Source of the DNA: Snowella sp.
Lineage (GTDB): Bacteria > Cyanobacteriota > Cyanobacteriia > Cyanobacteriales > Microcystaceae
Length of the DNA: 64,000 nt
Direction of reading: 5' to 3'
Assembly (NCBI GenBank): GCA_035285545.1
Contig: JAYKGY010000019.1
Span: 111,849 to 175,848 of the forward strand
Shown here: piece by piece, positions 11,270 through 21,045 of the stretch
How the letters are laid out: each line of letters begins with the position of its first letter
Numbering within the stretch: position 1 is the stretch's first letter
Translations under genes and position numbers: made by a program
Notes under the pieces: model-generated
The model's database searches: none
Told to the model about the DNA's origin: nothing
Seen by the model: the letters and a program-made list of their open reading frames with translations, nothing else

Positions 11270-11869
11270 GTGAATTTAGCAGAAGGCGTACAGAGTGTAT
11301 CCTTAATTATCCTAAGCATTATGTTAATTGGCTCCGCTTTGGGGGTCGTTTTATTATCGAATATTGTTTATTCGGCATTTCTATTAGGTGGGGTTTTCAT
11401 TAGCATATCGGGTCTTTATATCCTGCTGAATGCAGATTTTGTTGCGGCGGCTCAGATCCTCGTTTATGTGGGAGCCGTTAATGTTTTAATTCTGTTTGCC
11501 ATTATGTTGGTGAATAAACGGGAAGATTTTTCCAAGATGCCCAGCCGTTGGATTCGTAATCTAGCCACCAGTCTCGTCTGTATCGGCCTCTTCGCCCTTC
11601 TTTCAACAATGGTTTTAATTACCCCTTGGTCTATTGCGTCTGTTCCGGCTGTTCCTATTGATAATACGATTATCGTCTTAGGAAAACATTTGTTTAGTGA
11701 CTTCCTCTTACCCTTTGAATTAGCGTCGGTTTTATTGTTAATGGCAATGGTCGGTGCGATTATTTTGGCCCGTCGTGACTTTATTCCCGAACCACCAGCA
11801 GAAGAACCCAGTGCAACGGCTTTAACCCTGCCTGAACGCCCCCGCGAGTTAATTTCCCTTGAAAAGTAA
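11270..11869 (+). CDS. ndhG: NAD(P)H-quinone oxidoreductase subunit 6
   Basis: AAAQILVYVGAVNVL and LPFELASVLLL motifs; GAGGAG RBS. Confidence 0.97.
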   Translation: MNLAEGVQSVSLIILSIMLIGSALGVVLLSNIVYSAFLLGGVFISISGLYILLNADFVAAAQILVYVGAVNVLILFAIMLVNKREDFSKMPSRWIRNLATSLVCIGLFALLSTMVLITPWSIASVPAVPIDNTIIVLGKHLFSDFLLPFELASVLLLMAMVGAIILARRDFIPEPPAEEPSATALTLPERPRELISLEK

Positions 11870-11905
11870 TTGTAGCTTAATAAAAAATTAAAAAAACGAG
11901 GTTTT

Positions 11906-12217
11906 ATGCAGATTCCCTTGCAATATTATTTAATTTTAGCAGCCGCTTTATTCTGTATCGGGATTTATGGCTTAATTACCAGTCGTAATGCGGTTCGGGT
12001 TTTAATGTCGATTGAATTATTGCTAAATGCTGTCAATCTTAATCTGATTGGATTTTCTAATTTTTTAGATCCAACAGGGATTAAGGGTCAAGTTTTCTCC
12101 GTTTTTGTGATTACTGTTGCGGCGGCTGAAGCGGCTGTGGGTTTAGCCATTATTTTGGCAATTTATCGGAATCGAGAAACCATCGACATGGAACAGTTTA
12201 ATTTGCTGAAATGGTAA
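11906..12217 (+). CDS. ndhE: NAD(P)H-quinone oxidoreductase subunit 4L
   Basis: [12 protein letters not shown] and [11 protein letters not shown] motifs. Confidence 0.98.
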   Translation: MQIPLQYYLILAAALFCIGIYGLITSRNAVRVLMSIELLLNAVNLNLIGFSNFLDPTGIKGQVFSVFVITVAAAEAAVGLAIILAIYRNRETIDMEQFNLLKW

Positions 12218-12446
12218 TGCTGTAATTCAGCTAATCTAGCTTTTTTCTTGAATTTTCCTCAACTAAGTGATGCCAAAAGTTAAGATTCTGGCTCACTTTT
12301 TTAATGAATGATTATAAAAAGTGGAGTAATAATACCCCACTTTGTTGATTTCATATTGATCATACGTTTCAATCGCTTTTTGGTGTGCCCTTCCTTGCTT
12401 TAACTGAACTATGGAGTTTAATGGAGTCAACAAAATAAGTTGTTAT

Positions 12447-12590
12447 TTATTCAGAGTGTGAGCTATTGGGGTCACCATTGAAGGGTTGAACACCGACTTC
12501 AGGATACTCATCGGTTGAAGGGCCAAATACTCTGGCAAAAGCCTCGGTCAAGTATTGCATCATATTTTGTAGCATTTCATTAATCTTCAT
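12447..12590 (-). CDS. atpT: 47-aa small protein, probable ATP synthase inhibitor AtpTheta (Norf1 family)
   Basis: Hand translation MKINEMLQNMMQYLTEAFARVFGPSTDEYPEVGVQPFNGDPNSSHSE; AGGAG RBS; YxxEAFxRVFxP-xxD-YP-xGVQPF pattern as I recall it for the family; below the ORF-track size cut-off. Confidence 0.75.
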   Translation of the reverse strand: MKINEMLQNMMQYLTEAFARVFGPSTDEYPEVGVQPFNGDPNSSHSE

Positions 12591-12916
12591 AGTTGTTACT
12601 CTCCTGGGAAAGGTATCTACTAACCTTGAATGTGTTTGAAACTTTTGAGTGTGAGAAGAAATTGCTTTAATTTTTCTCTACCTCTACCTACACTTTTATT
12701 CTACTTTTTGGGATTGAAATTTTGTCGCTTTTATTCAGGATTGTAATAATTATTGAATCTTTTAGATAAAAAGTTGCTTTTTATTGTTCTTCGTAAACTT
12801 TTGTTCTGTAATATTGCTGTTTGTATCAATTTCAATCAAGTACAACGGATTCTTTTTTAGTAAATTCACGGCTTTTTCTACCTCTTTTTTCATAAAACTT
12901 CACTATTTATCCTTGA

Positions 12917-12937
12917 TTATGGTAAAATCTACTATAA
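12917..12937. promoter_or_regulatory. NrtR operator upstream of nadD-nrtR-nadE
   Basis: 21-bp near-palindrome TTATGGT-AAAATCT-ACTATAA with the GT-N7-AC core of NrtR sites, about 50 bp before nadD. Confidence 0.8.
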
Positions 12938-12988
12938 TCTACTTAGCCCCTTCTGTTGATGTGTTGAGGAGGTGAGAATAACTGCCCT

Positions 12989-13555
12989 ATGAAAATTGCT
13001 CTGTTTGGAACCAGTGCCGATCCGCCGACTGCGGCCCATCAGTCTATTCTCCAATGGCTCTCTGAGCATTATGATCAAGTGGCGGTCTGGGCTTCTGATA
13101 ATCCTTTTAAAGATCGCCAAACGGCTTTGGAGCACCGCATGGCGATGTTGGAATTGTTGATCGGTTCGCTGAATTTATTCCACTCCAATGTCCGTGTTTA
13201 TCGGGAACTCAGCGATCGCCGTAGTTTAAATAGTTTAGAAAAAGCGCAGCAAATTTGGGGAAAAGATGCGGATTACAGCTTAGTTATTGGGTCAGACTTA
13301 GTACCACAAATTCCCCGTTGGTATCGCGTTCAGGACTTATTTCAATCCGTGAATCTTTTAATTATTCCCCGTCCTGGCCATCCGTTGAACAAAGACGATT
13401 TACAGCAGCTTCAAACCTTGGGAGCAACCTATCACATCGCACAAATGGAAGCCCCTGAAATTTCTTCTACGATTTATCGTCAAACTAAAGATAAAACGGT
13501 TATTCCCGTTCCTGTGAAAGAGTATATTTGTCAGCAAAAACTCTATGTTTTTTAG
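12989..13555 (+). CDS. nadD: Nicotinate-nucleotide adenylyltransferase
   Basis: FGTSADPPTAAH (HxGH-like), IGSD and ISST motifs; operon with nadE. Confidence 0.88.
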   Translation: MKIALFGTSADPPTAAHQSILQWLSEHYDQVAVWASDNPFKDRQTALEHRMAMLELLIGSLNLFHSNVRVYRELSDRRSLNSLEKAQQIWGKDADYSLVIGSDLVPQIPRWYRVQDLFQSVNLLIIPRPGHPLNKDDLQQLQTLGATYHIAQMEAPEISSTIYRQTKDKTVIPVPVKEYICQQKLYVF

Positions 13556-13630
13556 CCTTTGTTAAATTATTTAGAAATTGTTTTGAAAATATCTTGAAGT
13601 TTAAAATTATTCAAAGATAAAAAATTGATA

Positions 13631-14350
13631 ATGAAGCAATCACCAAGCAAATTATTAGCAGCGTTTAAAGTAGGGGTCGATAATGTTATTTTTTCTGTTG
13701 ATACCCAGCACAATCGATTGTTAGTTTTATTAGTTAAACGACAAGAAGATCCCTTTCAAAATTATTGGAGTTTACCCGGAACCCTAGTTCGTCAGGGTGA
13801 ATCCTTAGAAGCCGCCGCCGAACGCATTTTATCAGAAAAAATTCAGGTTAAAAATCTTTATTTAGAACAGCTTTACACCTTTGGTGGGCCAAATCGGGAT
13901 CCCAGGGAAGCACCTGAAAGTTACGGCGATCGCTATTTATCCGTGAGTTATTTTGCCCTAGTTCGCTTTGAAGATTCGGGATTAATTGTACGGGATGTAA
14001 AATATACAACTTGGCATGATTTAACCAATTTACCGACGTTAGCGTTTGATCATCAAAATATTTTGAATTATGGCTATCGTCGCCTACGCAATAAATTAGA
14101 ATATAGCCCCATTGCCTTTGATGTTTTGCCGGAAATATTTACCTTATTTGATTTATTTCAACTATATGCAACGATTTTAGGAGAAAATTTTTCAGATTAT
14201 TCTAACTTTCGAGCGCGTCTTTTAAAATTAGGCTTTTTGATGGATACGGGATTAAAAGTCAACAAAGGTGCCGGCCGTCCCGCAACGTTATACCGCTTTA
14301 ATGCTCAGGCTTTTGCTCCCTATAAAGATAAGCCCTTAGTGTTTATTTAA
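13631..14350 (+). CDS. nrtR: Nudix-related transcriptional regulator
   Basis: Degenerate Nudix box (WSLPG...GESLEAAAER), LEQLYTFG...RDPR, AFDH, and a C-terminal wHTH with SNFR...GRPATLYRF. Confidence 0.9.
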   Translation: MKQSPSKLLAAFKVGVDNVIFSVDTQHNRLLVLLVKRQEDPFQNYWSLPGTLVRQGESLEAAAERILSEKIQVKNLYLEQLYTFGGPNRDPREAPESYGDRYLSVSYFALVRFEDSGLIVRDVKYTTWHDLTNLPTLAFDHQNILNYGYRRLRNKLEYSPIAFDVLPEIFTLFDLFQLYATILGENFSDYSNFRARLLKLGFLMDTGLKVNKGAGRPATLYRFNAQAFAPYKDKPLVFI

Positions 14351-14390
14351 TAGCCTTGAGAAAAACTGCAAATTTTAGGAAAATAATTTT

Positions 14391-16049
14391 ATGAAAATCG
14401 CGATCGCTCAATTAAATCCCACCATTGGAGATATTCAAAATAACGCGCAAGAAATTCTCAAAGCGGCTCAAGTAGCCAGTGAACAAGGAGCCGATTTACT
14501 ATTAACCCCTGAATTATCGCTGTGTGGCTATCCCCCTAAAGACTTATTGCTGAATCCCAGTTTTGTCCAATTATTAGCTGTTGAACTCGATCATTTAGCC
14601 CAACAATTACCCCCGAATTTAACTGTTTTAGTGGGAACAGTCGATAACAACAATCAGGCAAATTTAAAAGGAGAAAAAGCTTTATTTAACAGTATTGCTT
14701 TATTATATCAAGGCAAAATTCAAACCTATTTCCATAAGCGATTATTACCAACCTATGATGTCTTTGATGAAGACCGCTATTTTGAATCGGGTAAAGAAAG
14801 CCATATTTTTACGATTAAAAATATCAAAATTGGGGTGACGATTTGCGAAGATTTATGGAATGAAGCGAGTTTTTGGAATGTTCGTCGTTACGAGATTAAT
14901 CCGGTTGATGACTTAGTGGCTTTACACAGTCAATTAATAATTAATTTATCGGCTTCTCCCTACACGGTGAATAAACAAAAATTACGAGAATCGATGGCTT
15001 ACCATATTGTTAAACGCTATCAAATTCCCTTGATCTATGTGAATCAAATTGGGGGAAATGATGACTTAATTTTTGATGGTAATAGTTTTGCGGTTAATCG
15101 ACAGGGAGAAGTGGTCGGTCGCGCTCAAGCATTTAAACCGGATCTGTTTTTTCTAGACGTTAACGAACAACGTCCCGATATTTTACCGACCCAAATTCAG
15201 CCTTTACCCACCTGTGAAGAAGCCGAGCTTTTTAATGCGTTGGTTTTAGGAGTCAAAGATTACGTCAAAAAATGCGGTTTTTCCCGTGTAATTTTGGGAT
15301 TAAGCGGGGGAATTGATTCTTCTTTGGTGGCGGCGATCGCGACTGAAGCGGTGGGAGCCAATCAGGTATTGGGGGTTTTAATGCCTTCGCCCTACAGTTC
15401 CGCCCACTCTATTGCCGATGCCGAAGCGTTGGTGAACAATTTAGGCATTCAAAGCTATTTATTACCGATTGGTGACCTGATGAAAACCTATGATCAGGTC
15501 TTAGACCCCCTCTTTGCAGGAACAGAGTTTGGTATTGCCGAAGAAAATTTACAGTCTCGTATTCGGGGTAATCTGCTGATGGCGATCGCCAATAAATTTG
15601 GTCATTTATTACTATCTACGGGCAATAAATCGGAAATGGCGGTGGGTTACTGCACCCTTTACGGCGATATGAATGGCGGACTGGCTGTGATTGCAGATAT
15701 CCCTAAAATGCGGGTGTTTTCTCTCTGTCGTTGGCTCAACCGCGATCGCGAAATTATTCCCCCCTCGGTATTGACCAAACCTCCTAGTGCTGAACTCAAA
15801 CCCGGTCAAGTGGATCAAGATTCCCTGCCACCCTATGAAATTCTCGATGATATTTTGGATCGTCTGATTCATCAACACCAATCTGCCCGCCAACTTATTG
15901 CCGCGGGGTTTGAGCCTGATACGGTGCATAAAGTGAGTAAACTGGTAAGTCGTGCGGAATTTAAACGGAAGCAAGCCCCACCAGGGTTAAAAGTAACCGA
16001 TCGCGCCTTTGGAACAGGGTGGAGAATGCCCATTGCCAGTCGTTGGTAA
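14391..16049 (+). CDS. nadE: Glutamine-dependent NAD+ synthetase
   Basis: Nitrilase domain (PEL, KRLLPTYDVFDE, ICED) plus SGGIDS synthetase motif and KPPSAEL. Confidence 0.96.
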   Translation: MKIAIAQLNPTIGDIQNNAQEILKAAQVASEQGADLLLTPELSLCGYPPKDLLLNPSFVQLLAVELDHLAQQLPPNLTVLVGTVDNNNQANLKGEKALFNSIALLYQGKIQTYFHKRLLPTYDVFDEDRYFESGKESHIFTIKNIKIGVTICEDLWNEASFWNVRRYEINPVDDLVALHSQLIINLSASPYTVNKQKLRESMAYHIVKRYQIPLIYVNQIGGNDDLIFDGNSFAVNRQGEVVGRAQAFKPDLFFLDVNEQRPDILPTQIQPLPTCEEAELFNALVLGVKDYVKKCGFSRVILGLSGGIDSSLVAAIATEAVGANQVLGVLMPSPYSSAHSIADAEALVNNLGIQSYLLPIGDLMKTYDQVLDPLFAGTEFGIAEENLQSRIRGNLLMAIANKFGHLLLSTGNKSEMAVGYCTLYGDMNGGLAVIADIPKMRVFSLCRWLNRDREIIPPSVLTKPPSAELKPGQVDQDSLPPYEILDDILDRLIHQHQSARQLIAAGFEPDTVHKVSKLVSRAEFKRKQAPPGLKVTDRAFGTGWRMPIASRW

Positions 16050-16135
16050 GTCAGTCATTCTAATTCAACGGCTAAACAGTCATCGTCTTATTTAGCGGAA
16101 ACCTATCCGTTATCATTCAATATCATTCAACCGCT

Positions 16136-16303
16136 TTAACCAAATTTCTGTTTGGCTTGCTCGTAAACTTCTACGGTAATTTCACTGATGTCTCTTTCTT
16201 GAGCAAATTTTTCAATTTTTTTGCGGGCAGCAGGTCGAACAAAAAAGGGAATTTCTTTTAATCGGGCTTCGGCTTCGGGTTGCCAACGGATTTCATGACT
16301 CAT
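16136..16303 (-). CDS. Small PCP-reductase-family protein (ChlB C-terminal-like domain)
   Basis: WQPEAEARLKEIPFFVRPAARKKIEKFA motif; ATG at 16303. Confidence 0.85.
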   Translation of the reverse strand: MSHEIRWQPEAEARLKEIPFFVRPAARKKIEKFAQERDISEITVEVYEQAKQKFG

Positions 16304-16319
16304 GAGCGTATTGAGTGAG

Positions 16320-17504
16320 TTAATGTTTATTACTGGGAACTTGTTGGAGTTCATTCTCAAACAGGCGGTCTTCTGTTGAAGTTCGGTTGGAAGTTGTATT
16401 TTCTTCGGCGGGTAAACTGCGGAGAGCCGCGATCGCCTCTTTAATCATGACGGCGGTAGGAACTGCCACAATCACACCAAGCAATCCCCCAATCCGCGCA
16501 CCGGATAACAGAGAGATTAACACCCAAAAGGGATTTAACCCCGTAACACTCCCTAAAACCCTTGGAGCAACCCCATTTTCCACAATTTGCTGAATAATTA
16601 GGGCGGCAGCTAATAATTGTAGGGCCATCCCCACATCCCGCAGCGCGACCAAAAAGGTGACGAGGGTAATTCCCACTGACCCACCAAAGGGAATCAGGGC
16701 CATTAAACCCACCGTAAGACCAAACAGTAGCCCAAAAGGAACTTTTAAGGCGACAAAGGCTAACACTAATCCTACGGCCATACAGGTGGCACTAATCAAT
16801 TGACCCAAGAAATAATTCTGAAAACTACGGCGTAGGGTTTGGGAAAAAGGCTGTTGGAAACGAGTCGGTAACCAACCCACCACACTCTGCCAAACGTCTT
16901 GAGTATGGAGTAATAAATAGAAGGTCAAAATAACGGTTAACAGGACATCTAACAATCTCACTACCGTAAAAACCGTTAAACTGAGGGCTAAATTGAGCGT
17001 GGTTCCGGCTAAATTCTGTAATTCAACGGCTAAACGGCTGTTAATTTGAGTAATAATCCCATCAAAGTTAATAGGAAGCCCCAGCGCATTGGCCTGCTCA
17101 TCTAATAACATTAATTGCCGTTGTCCAGAGTCTAACCATTCGGGTAAACGCGCCACTAATTGTTGAGCTTGGGTAAAGGCAAGGGGAACGAGGGTGACTC
17201 CCAGGGCCAAAAAGACAAAGAGAGTTATCAGGAAAACGAAAACGGCAACGACACTACGTTGAAAGCCTTTTTTTTCTAGCCAACTGACCGGATAATTGAG
17301 GAGAAAGGCTAGGACAGAGGCAATTAAGACAATCACAAAGAGGGACTGGAAGTAACCGAAGATTGCAAATAGGGCCCTAGCATTTAAGACCATAAGCGGA
17401 GCGGCTAGGAGCACAACTAGGAGGCGAGAGAAGAAATTTAAGGATTCCCACCCTTTGACTAACCAGTTACGTTTGGGAGAAGATGAGCCAGAGTTGACCA
17501 TCAC
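16320..17504 (-). CDS. AI-2E family transporter
   Basis: Multiple TM segments, LIPFGG, QQIVEN...PRVLG and GLLGVIVAVP motifs. Confidence 0.85.
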   Translation of the reverse strand: MMVNSGSSSPKRNWLVKGWESLNFFSRLLVVLLAAPLMVLNARALFAIFGYFQSLFVIVLIASVLAFLLNYPVSWLEKKGFQRSVVAVFVFLITLFVFLALGVTLVPLAFTQAQQLVARLPEWLDSGQRQLMLLDEQANALGLPINFDGIITQINSRLAVELQNLAGTTLNLALSLTVFTVVRLLDVLLTVILTFYLLLHTQDVWQSVVGWLPTRFQQPFSQTLRRSFQNYFLGQLISATCMAVGLVLAFVALKVPFGLLFGLTVGLMALIPFGGSVGITLVTFLVALRDVGMALQLLAAALIIQQIVENGVAPRVLGSVTGLNPFWVLISLLSGARIGGLLGVIVAVPTAVMIKEAIAALRSLPAEENTTSNRTSTEDRLFENELQQVPSNKH

Positions 17505-17974
17505 AGTCGCTACCCCGTCTGATAGAAGTACCTTAAGATAGTTTAATCAATTGCGTGAGTTCTCATGGGAACCTAGCAACTCGCTTGCCATCTATTTTAC
17601 GCCAAGCTAGCCTCTTTTTCGGGAAATGGGAATTTCTTCTAACCTCAGATCCATGGTTGATTTCTGTTGGGATAGGAAGGAGGGGGCAATTGCCGTATTA
17701 TACTTAAGTGTTATTCAGTACGCGATCGCGACTTTTGCTACTCCTCGTTGGGAAGAATAGGTTAGTGGTAAAGTTTTGAGTTGACTTTTTTGAAAAAGCG
17801 TTTATGGTTGAGTTATTCCAATCAAGCTTTAACCTTTAGCCTTCACACAAACCCCCGTAAATCCCTATGCAATTGTCTGTTTGAATCCTTACTTAAACCC
17901 ATTAATAGATTTGCCTCAATCCCTGTTAAATGCCTATTAAAGACAACTTTGAATTCCTTGAAATACCGATTACG

Positions 17975-17990
17975 TGTGACATAGATCACA
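17975..17990. promoter_or_regulatory. CRP-binding site
   Basis: Perfect TGTGA-CATAGA-TCACA in the intergenic region upstream of the Crp-family gene. Confidence 0.75.
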
Positions 17991-18344
17991 CCATTTGAGT
18001 GATTTTAGGTTTCAAAAATTTGTCAGAAAACTGATACAATTAACAATGTAGATTCTACTTACATAAAATCTCTAAGTTTAACAGCAAAGTCAAAAATTTA
18101 ATCCTGTTTAAGTTCTCAACAGATTTAGATAAACGACATTTGATTTAAGCTGTTAATCCTTTAAACTGCACACAAACAAGAGACTGAAGCTTATTTTTAT
18201 CAGGCTTTTTGCAAAATCGCTATTCCATTTAAAGGCGTGACAGCTTACTCAGTCTTCTTTAACCGATTGGCTCTTAAAAATCTAAAGTTAAAGGTTAATC
18301 TTGAGAGCAGTTTTTAAGTCCAGTATGAAGAGTGACTAAAATTA

Positions 18345-19043
18345 ATGGAAGAAAAACGAGCTAATATTAGCGAAATAGACAAATTAACTAAGAATGTCCC
18401 TTTTTTCAATGGATTGTCTAAAGAGTGTTTGGAAAATACGATTAGTCATGTTGTGACTCGTCATCATCCGTCCAATCGAGTGATTCTCCTAGAAAATGAT
18501 TGGGGAGGCTCCGTCTATTTTATCGTGGATGGTTGGGTCAAAATTCGTACCCATAACGTGGATGGCAAAGAAGTAACCCTGAATATTGTGGGGAAAGGGG
18601 AAGTGATTGGCGAAATGTCGGCGTTAGAAGAAATTCCCCGCTCTACCGATGTTATGACCTTAACGCCCACGATTGTCAGTAGTATTTCAGCCACAGATTT
18701 TTTATCTCTTCTGCAAACGGAACCTCTAGCGGGTATTCGTTTAGCCCAACTTATTGCCAAACGTTTACGACAGGTTAATCGACGGTTGCGTTTACGGGAA
18801 GCTGAAAGCATTGCTCGTGTAGCGGATACGCTCTTGTTTTTAGCGGAAGGTCAAGGTAAAGCGACAAAACGCGGTATGAGTATTCCCAATTTGCCCCATC
18901 GAGAATTAGGTAGCATTACGGGCTTGGCTAGGGAAACAGTGTCACGGGCTTTAACCCGATTAGAACAAGATGGTCTAATTTCTCGTGAAAACGATAGAAT
19001 TTGTATCCGTGACCTGGATGAACTTGAGGATTTAATTTCTTAA
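18345..19043 (+). CDS. Crp/Fnr family transcriptional regulator (cAMP receptor protein-like)
   Basis: cNMP-binding motif GEMS...PRST and HTH recognition helix RETVSR. Confidence 0.92.
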   Translation: MEEKRANISEIDKLTKNVPFFNGLSKECLENTISHVVTRHHPSNRVILLENDWGGSVYFIVDGWVKIRTHNVDGKEVTLNIVGKGEVIGEMSALEEIPRSTDVMTLTPTIVSSISATDFLSLLQTEPLAGIRLAQLIAKRLRQVNRRLRLREAESIARVADTLLFLAEGQGKATKRGMSIPNLPHRELGSITGLARETVSRALTRLEQDGLISRENDRICIRDLDELEDLIS

Positions 19044-19154
19044 TTCCGTTAATTGTAATTGTAGAGAATCAATTTTTAAGGGTCAATTCTTAAAAGATTG
19101 GGGTTACCAATTTTTGAATGCGGTTTACAAAAAACATTCAGTCTATTTTATTGC

Positions 19155-19676
19155 ATGCAATTGAATAAAGATCAGCCGTTAACTAGTTTTCGATGCGCGA
19201 TCGCGTTGGGGAGTAATTTAGGCAACTCCCAGGAAATTCTAGACCAGACCCTAACCGAACTAGCCCAAATATCAGGAATTCAACGGATTACCCCATCGAG
19301 TTGGTACGAAACGATTCCTGTTGGCCCACCCCAACCCAATTATGTTAATGGTTGCGCTATTGTAGAAACGAAATTACACCCTGAAATTCTGTTAGAAAAC
19401 TTACTAATAATAGAACAGCAATTTGGTCGAATTCGGCAGGAACGTTGGGGAGCCAGAACTTTAGATTTAGATATTCTATTATATGATAATTTAATTTTAA
19501 AAACGCCAAACTTAACCATTCCCCATCCCCGCATGAATGAACGTGCTTTTGTCTTGGTTCCCCTAGCTGAAATTGCTCCTAATTGGATTGAGCCGATCTC
19601 TCAAAAATCGATTTTTCAGTTATCTCAGGAAATTGACACGTCAGGAATTATTCATTGTGTAAAGCAGGCAAATTAA
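19155..19676 (+). CDS. folK: 2-amino-4-hydroxy-6-hydroxymethyldihydropteridine diphosphokinase
   Basis: ALGSNLG, RWGARTLDLDIL and PHPRMNERAFVLVPL motifs. Confidence 0.96.
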   Translation: MQLNKDQPLTSFRCAIALGSNLGNSQEILDQTLTELAQISGIQRITPSSWYETIPVGPPQPNYVNGCAIVETKLHPEILLENLLIIEQQFGRIRQERWGARTLDLDILLYDNLILKTPNLTIPHPRMNERAFVLVPLAEIAPNWIEPISQKSIFQLSQEIDTSGIIHCVKQAN

Positions 19677-20004
19677 ACTGCCAAATAAAACAAATTTTAA
19701 CAAAATACTCGAAATTAAAAAACTGTCGGTTGTCAAACAATTGGTCAGATTGGAAGACGCTCAGTTACGCAACAAATCAGTGATAAAAAAATACTTTTTT
19801 CTAAAGTGACCTAATGTTTTCATTCGTGAAATAGGCTTGCTACCTTGTTCTATTTTGAGTGTAGCCATCAATAATGCTCTCAGATTTGAGTGTATTGAAT
19901 TGTAAAGTTTTTGATTGCAAACAAATTCTATTTTGTTTTTTTCTGCTATAATCCCCAATTATTAAAAAATATCGCTAATTTCGAGCTTATAAGGGTAAAT
20001 AGCC

Positions 20005-21006
20005 ATGTCATCGCCAATATCACCAGTTAAAGTTTCTGATCTTAACTTCATTCCTGAGTTATTTTTTGACTTAATTGCAAGGGTTATTCCTGGATATTTT
20101 GTATTAGGTTTTGCATATTGGTATATTGAAATATTTATAACTTTGTTAACTACACCACCATACAATTTTAATGATATCTTAAGTCTAATCCCAATCTGGT
20201 TTACTCCAATTATTGCTTATTATTTAGCAGTATTATTATGTATATTATCTAGAAAAAAACATCCAAAGCTTGATAAAGAAATAGAAGAAACTGCTCAAAG
20301 ACTTTATAAGTTAACTCATAATGCACCTGAAGACCGAGGAAGGTTTCAAAAACTTTTTGCTGAATTTGATGCTACATCATCGATATTTATGGGTTTATTA
20401 ATTCTATTCATATCAGCTTTGTTTGCTTTTTCAATTCTTTATTTTGTCAAAAATATATCCTTAAAGCAAATTTTTATTTTTCCTTTGATTTTGTTATTTA
20501 TTATAAATATATTTTTTATGTGTTCTATTAATTTATGGAAATCAAAATTGCGAGATATTTTAAAAGAAAGACTAGATAGCTATGCAGAGTATAAAAATTT
20601 ATCGTTACGAGAAAATTGGGATATTAAATTTAATAATGATTTGGTAAAAAATACTGGAGTAAAAATCAAAAAATTCGATATTTTTCAATGTGATGGAGAT
20701 AAGTTTTTTTTAGTAATTTCACCTAATGAAATAAATAATTTTAGTGAAAAAATACTTGGAGTTCTAAATAAAGAGGAAGAAGAAGATTATCCAACTCGTA
20801 TTGATTGTGCCGTCGCCAAAGATAACACAGTCAACAACAAAAATAAAGTTAAAAAAGAAGACGATGAGCTAGAAAAAATCAAATTTGCTTTTGATCAATT
20901 TCACATAATTGAGAAAGAAAAATTGTCTCGAACTCGAAGATTTGGTCAAATTATTCAAAGTGATAGATCCCAAATTCTTGATATCTTGGCTAAGATCTTT
21001 GCATAA
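20005..21006 (+). CDS. AT-rich 4-TM membrane protein fused to a degenerate PemK/MazF-like C-terminal domain
   Basis: Four hydrophobic segments in the first ~180 aa; the C-terminal ~115 aa match the PemK pattern (KFDIF, LVISPNEIN, YPTRIDC, DQ..I.K..L, GQI, ILDILAKIFA) without the RP catalytic motif. Confidence 0.7.
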   Translation: MSSPISPVKVSDLNFIPELFFDLIARVIPGYFVLGFAYWYIEIFITLLTTPPYNFNDILSLIPIWFTPIIAYYLAVLLCILSRKKHPKLDKEIEETAQRLYKLTHNAPEDRGRFQKLFAEFDATSSIFMGLLILFISALFAFSILYFVKNISLKQIFIFPLILLFIINIFFMCSINLWKSKLRDILKERLDSYAEYKNLSLRENWDIKFNNDLVKNTGVKIKKFDIFQCDGDKFFLVISPNEINNFSEKILGVLNKEEEEDYPTRIDCAVAKDNTVNNKNKVKKEDDELEKIKFAFDQFHIIEKEKLSRTRRFGQIIQSDRSQILDILAKIFA

Positions 21007-21045
21007 AGATAAATCTTAAATTGGCGGATATAAAGGTAAATCTAA

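Noticed and set aside
12784..12975. 63-aa ORF upstream of nadD
   Set aside because: TTG start, low-complexity AT-rich promoter DNA, and it overlaps the NrtR operator
18046..18064. ATGTA-N9-TACAT as an NtcA site
   Set aside because: GTA-to-TAC spacing is 9, not 8
19761..19958. Minus-strand 65-aa ORF as the antitoxin of the PemK-like fusion
   Set aside because: Divergent orientation, TTG start and no AbrB or RHH features
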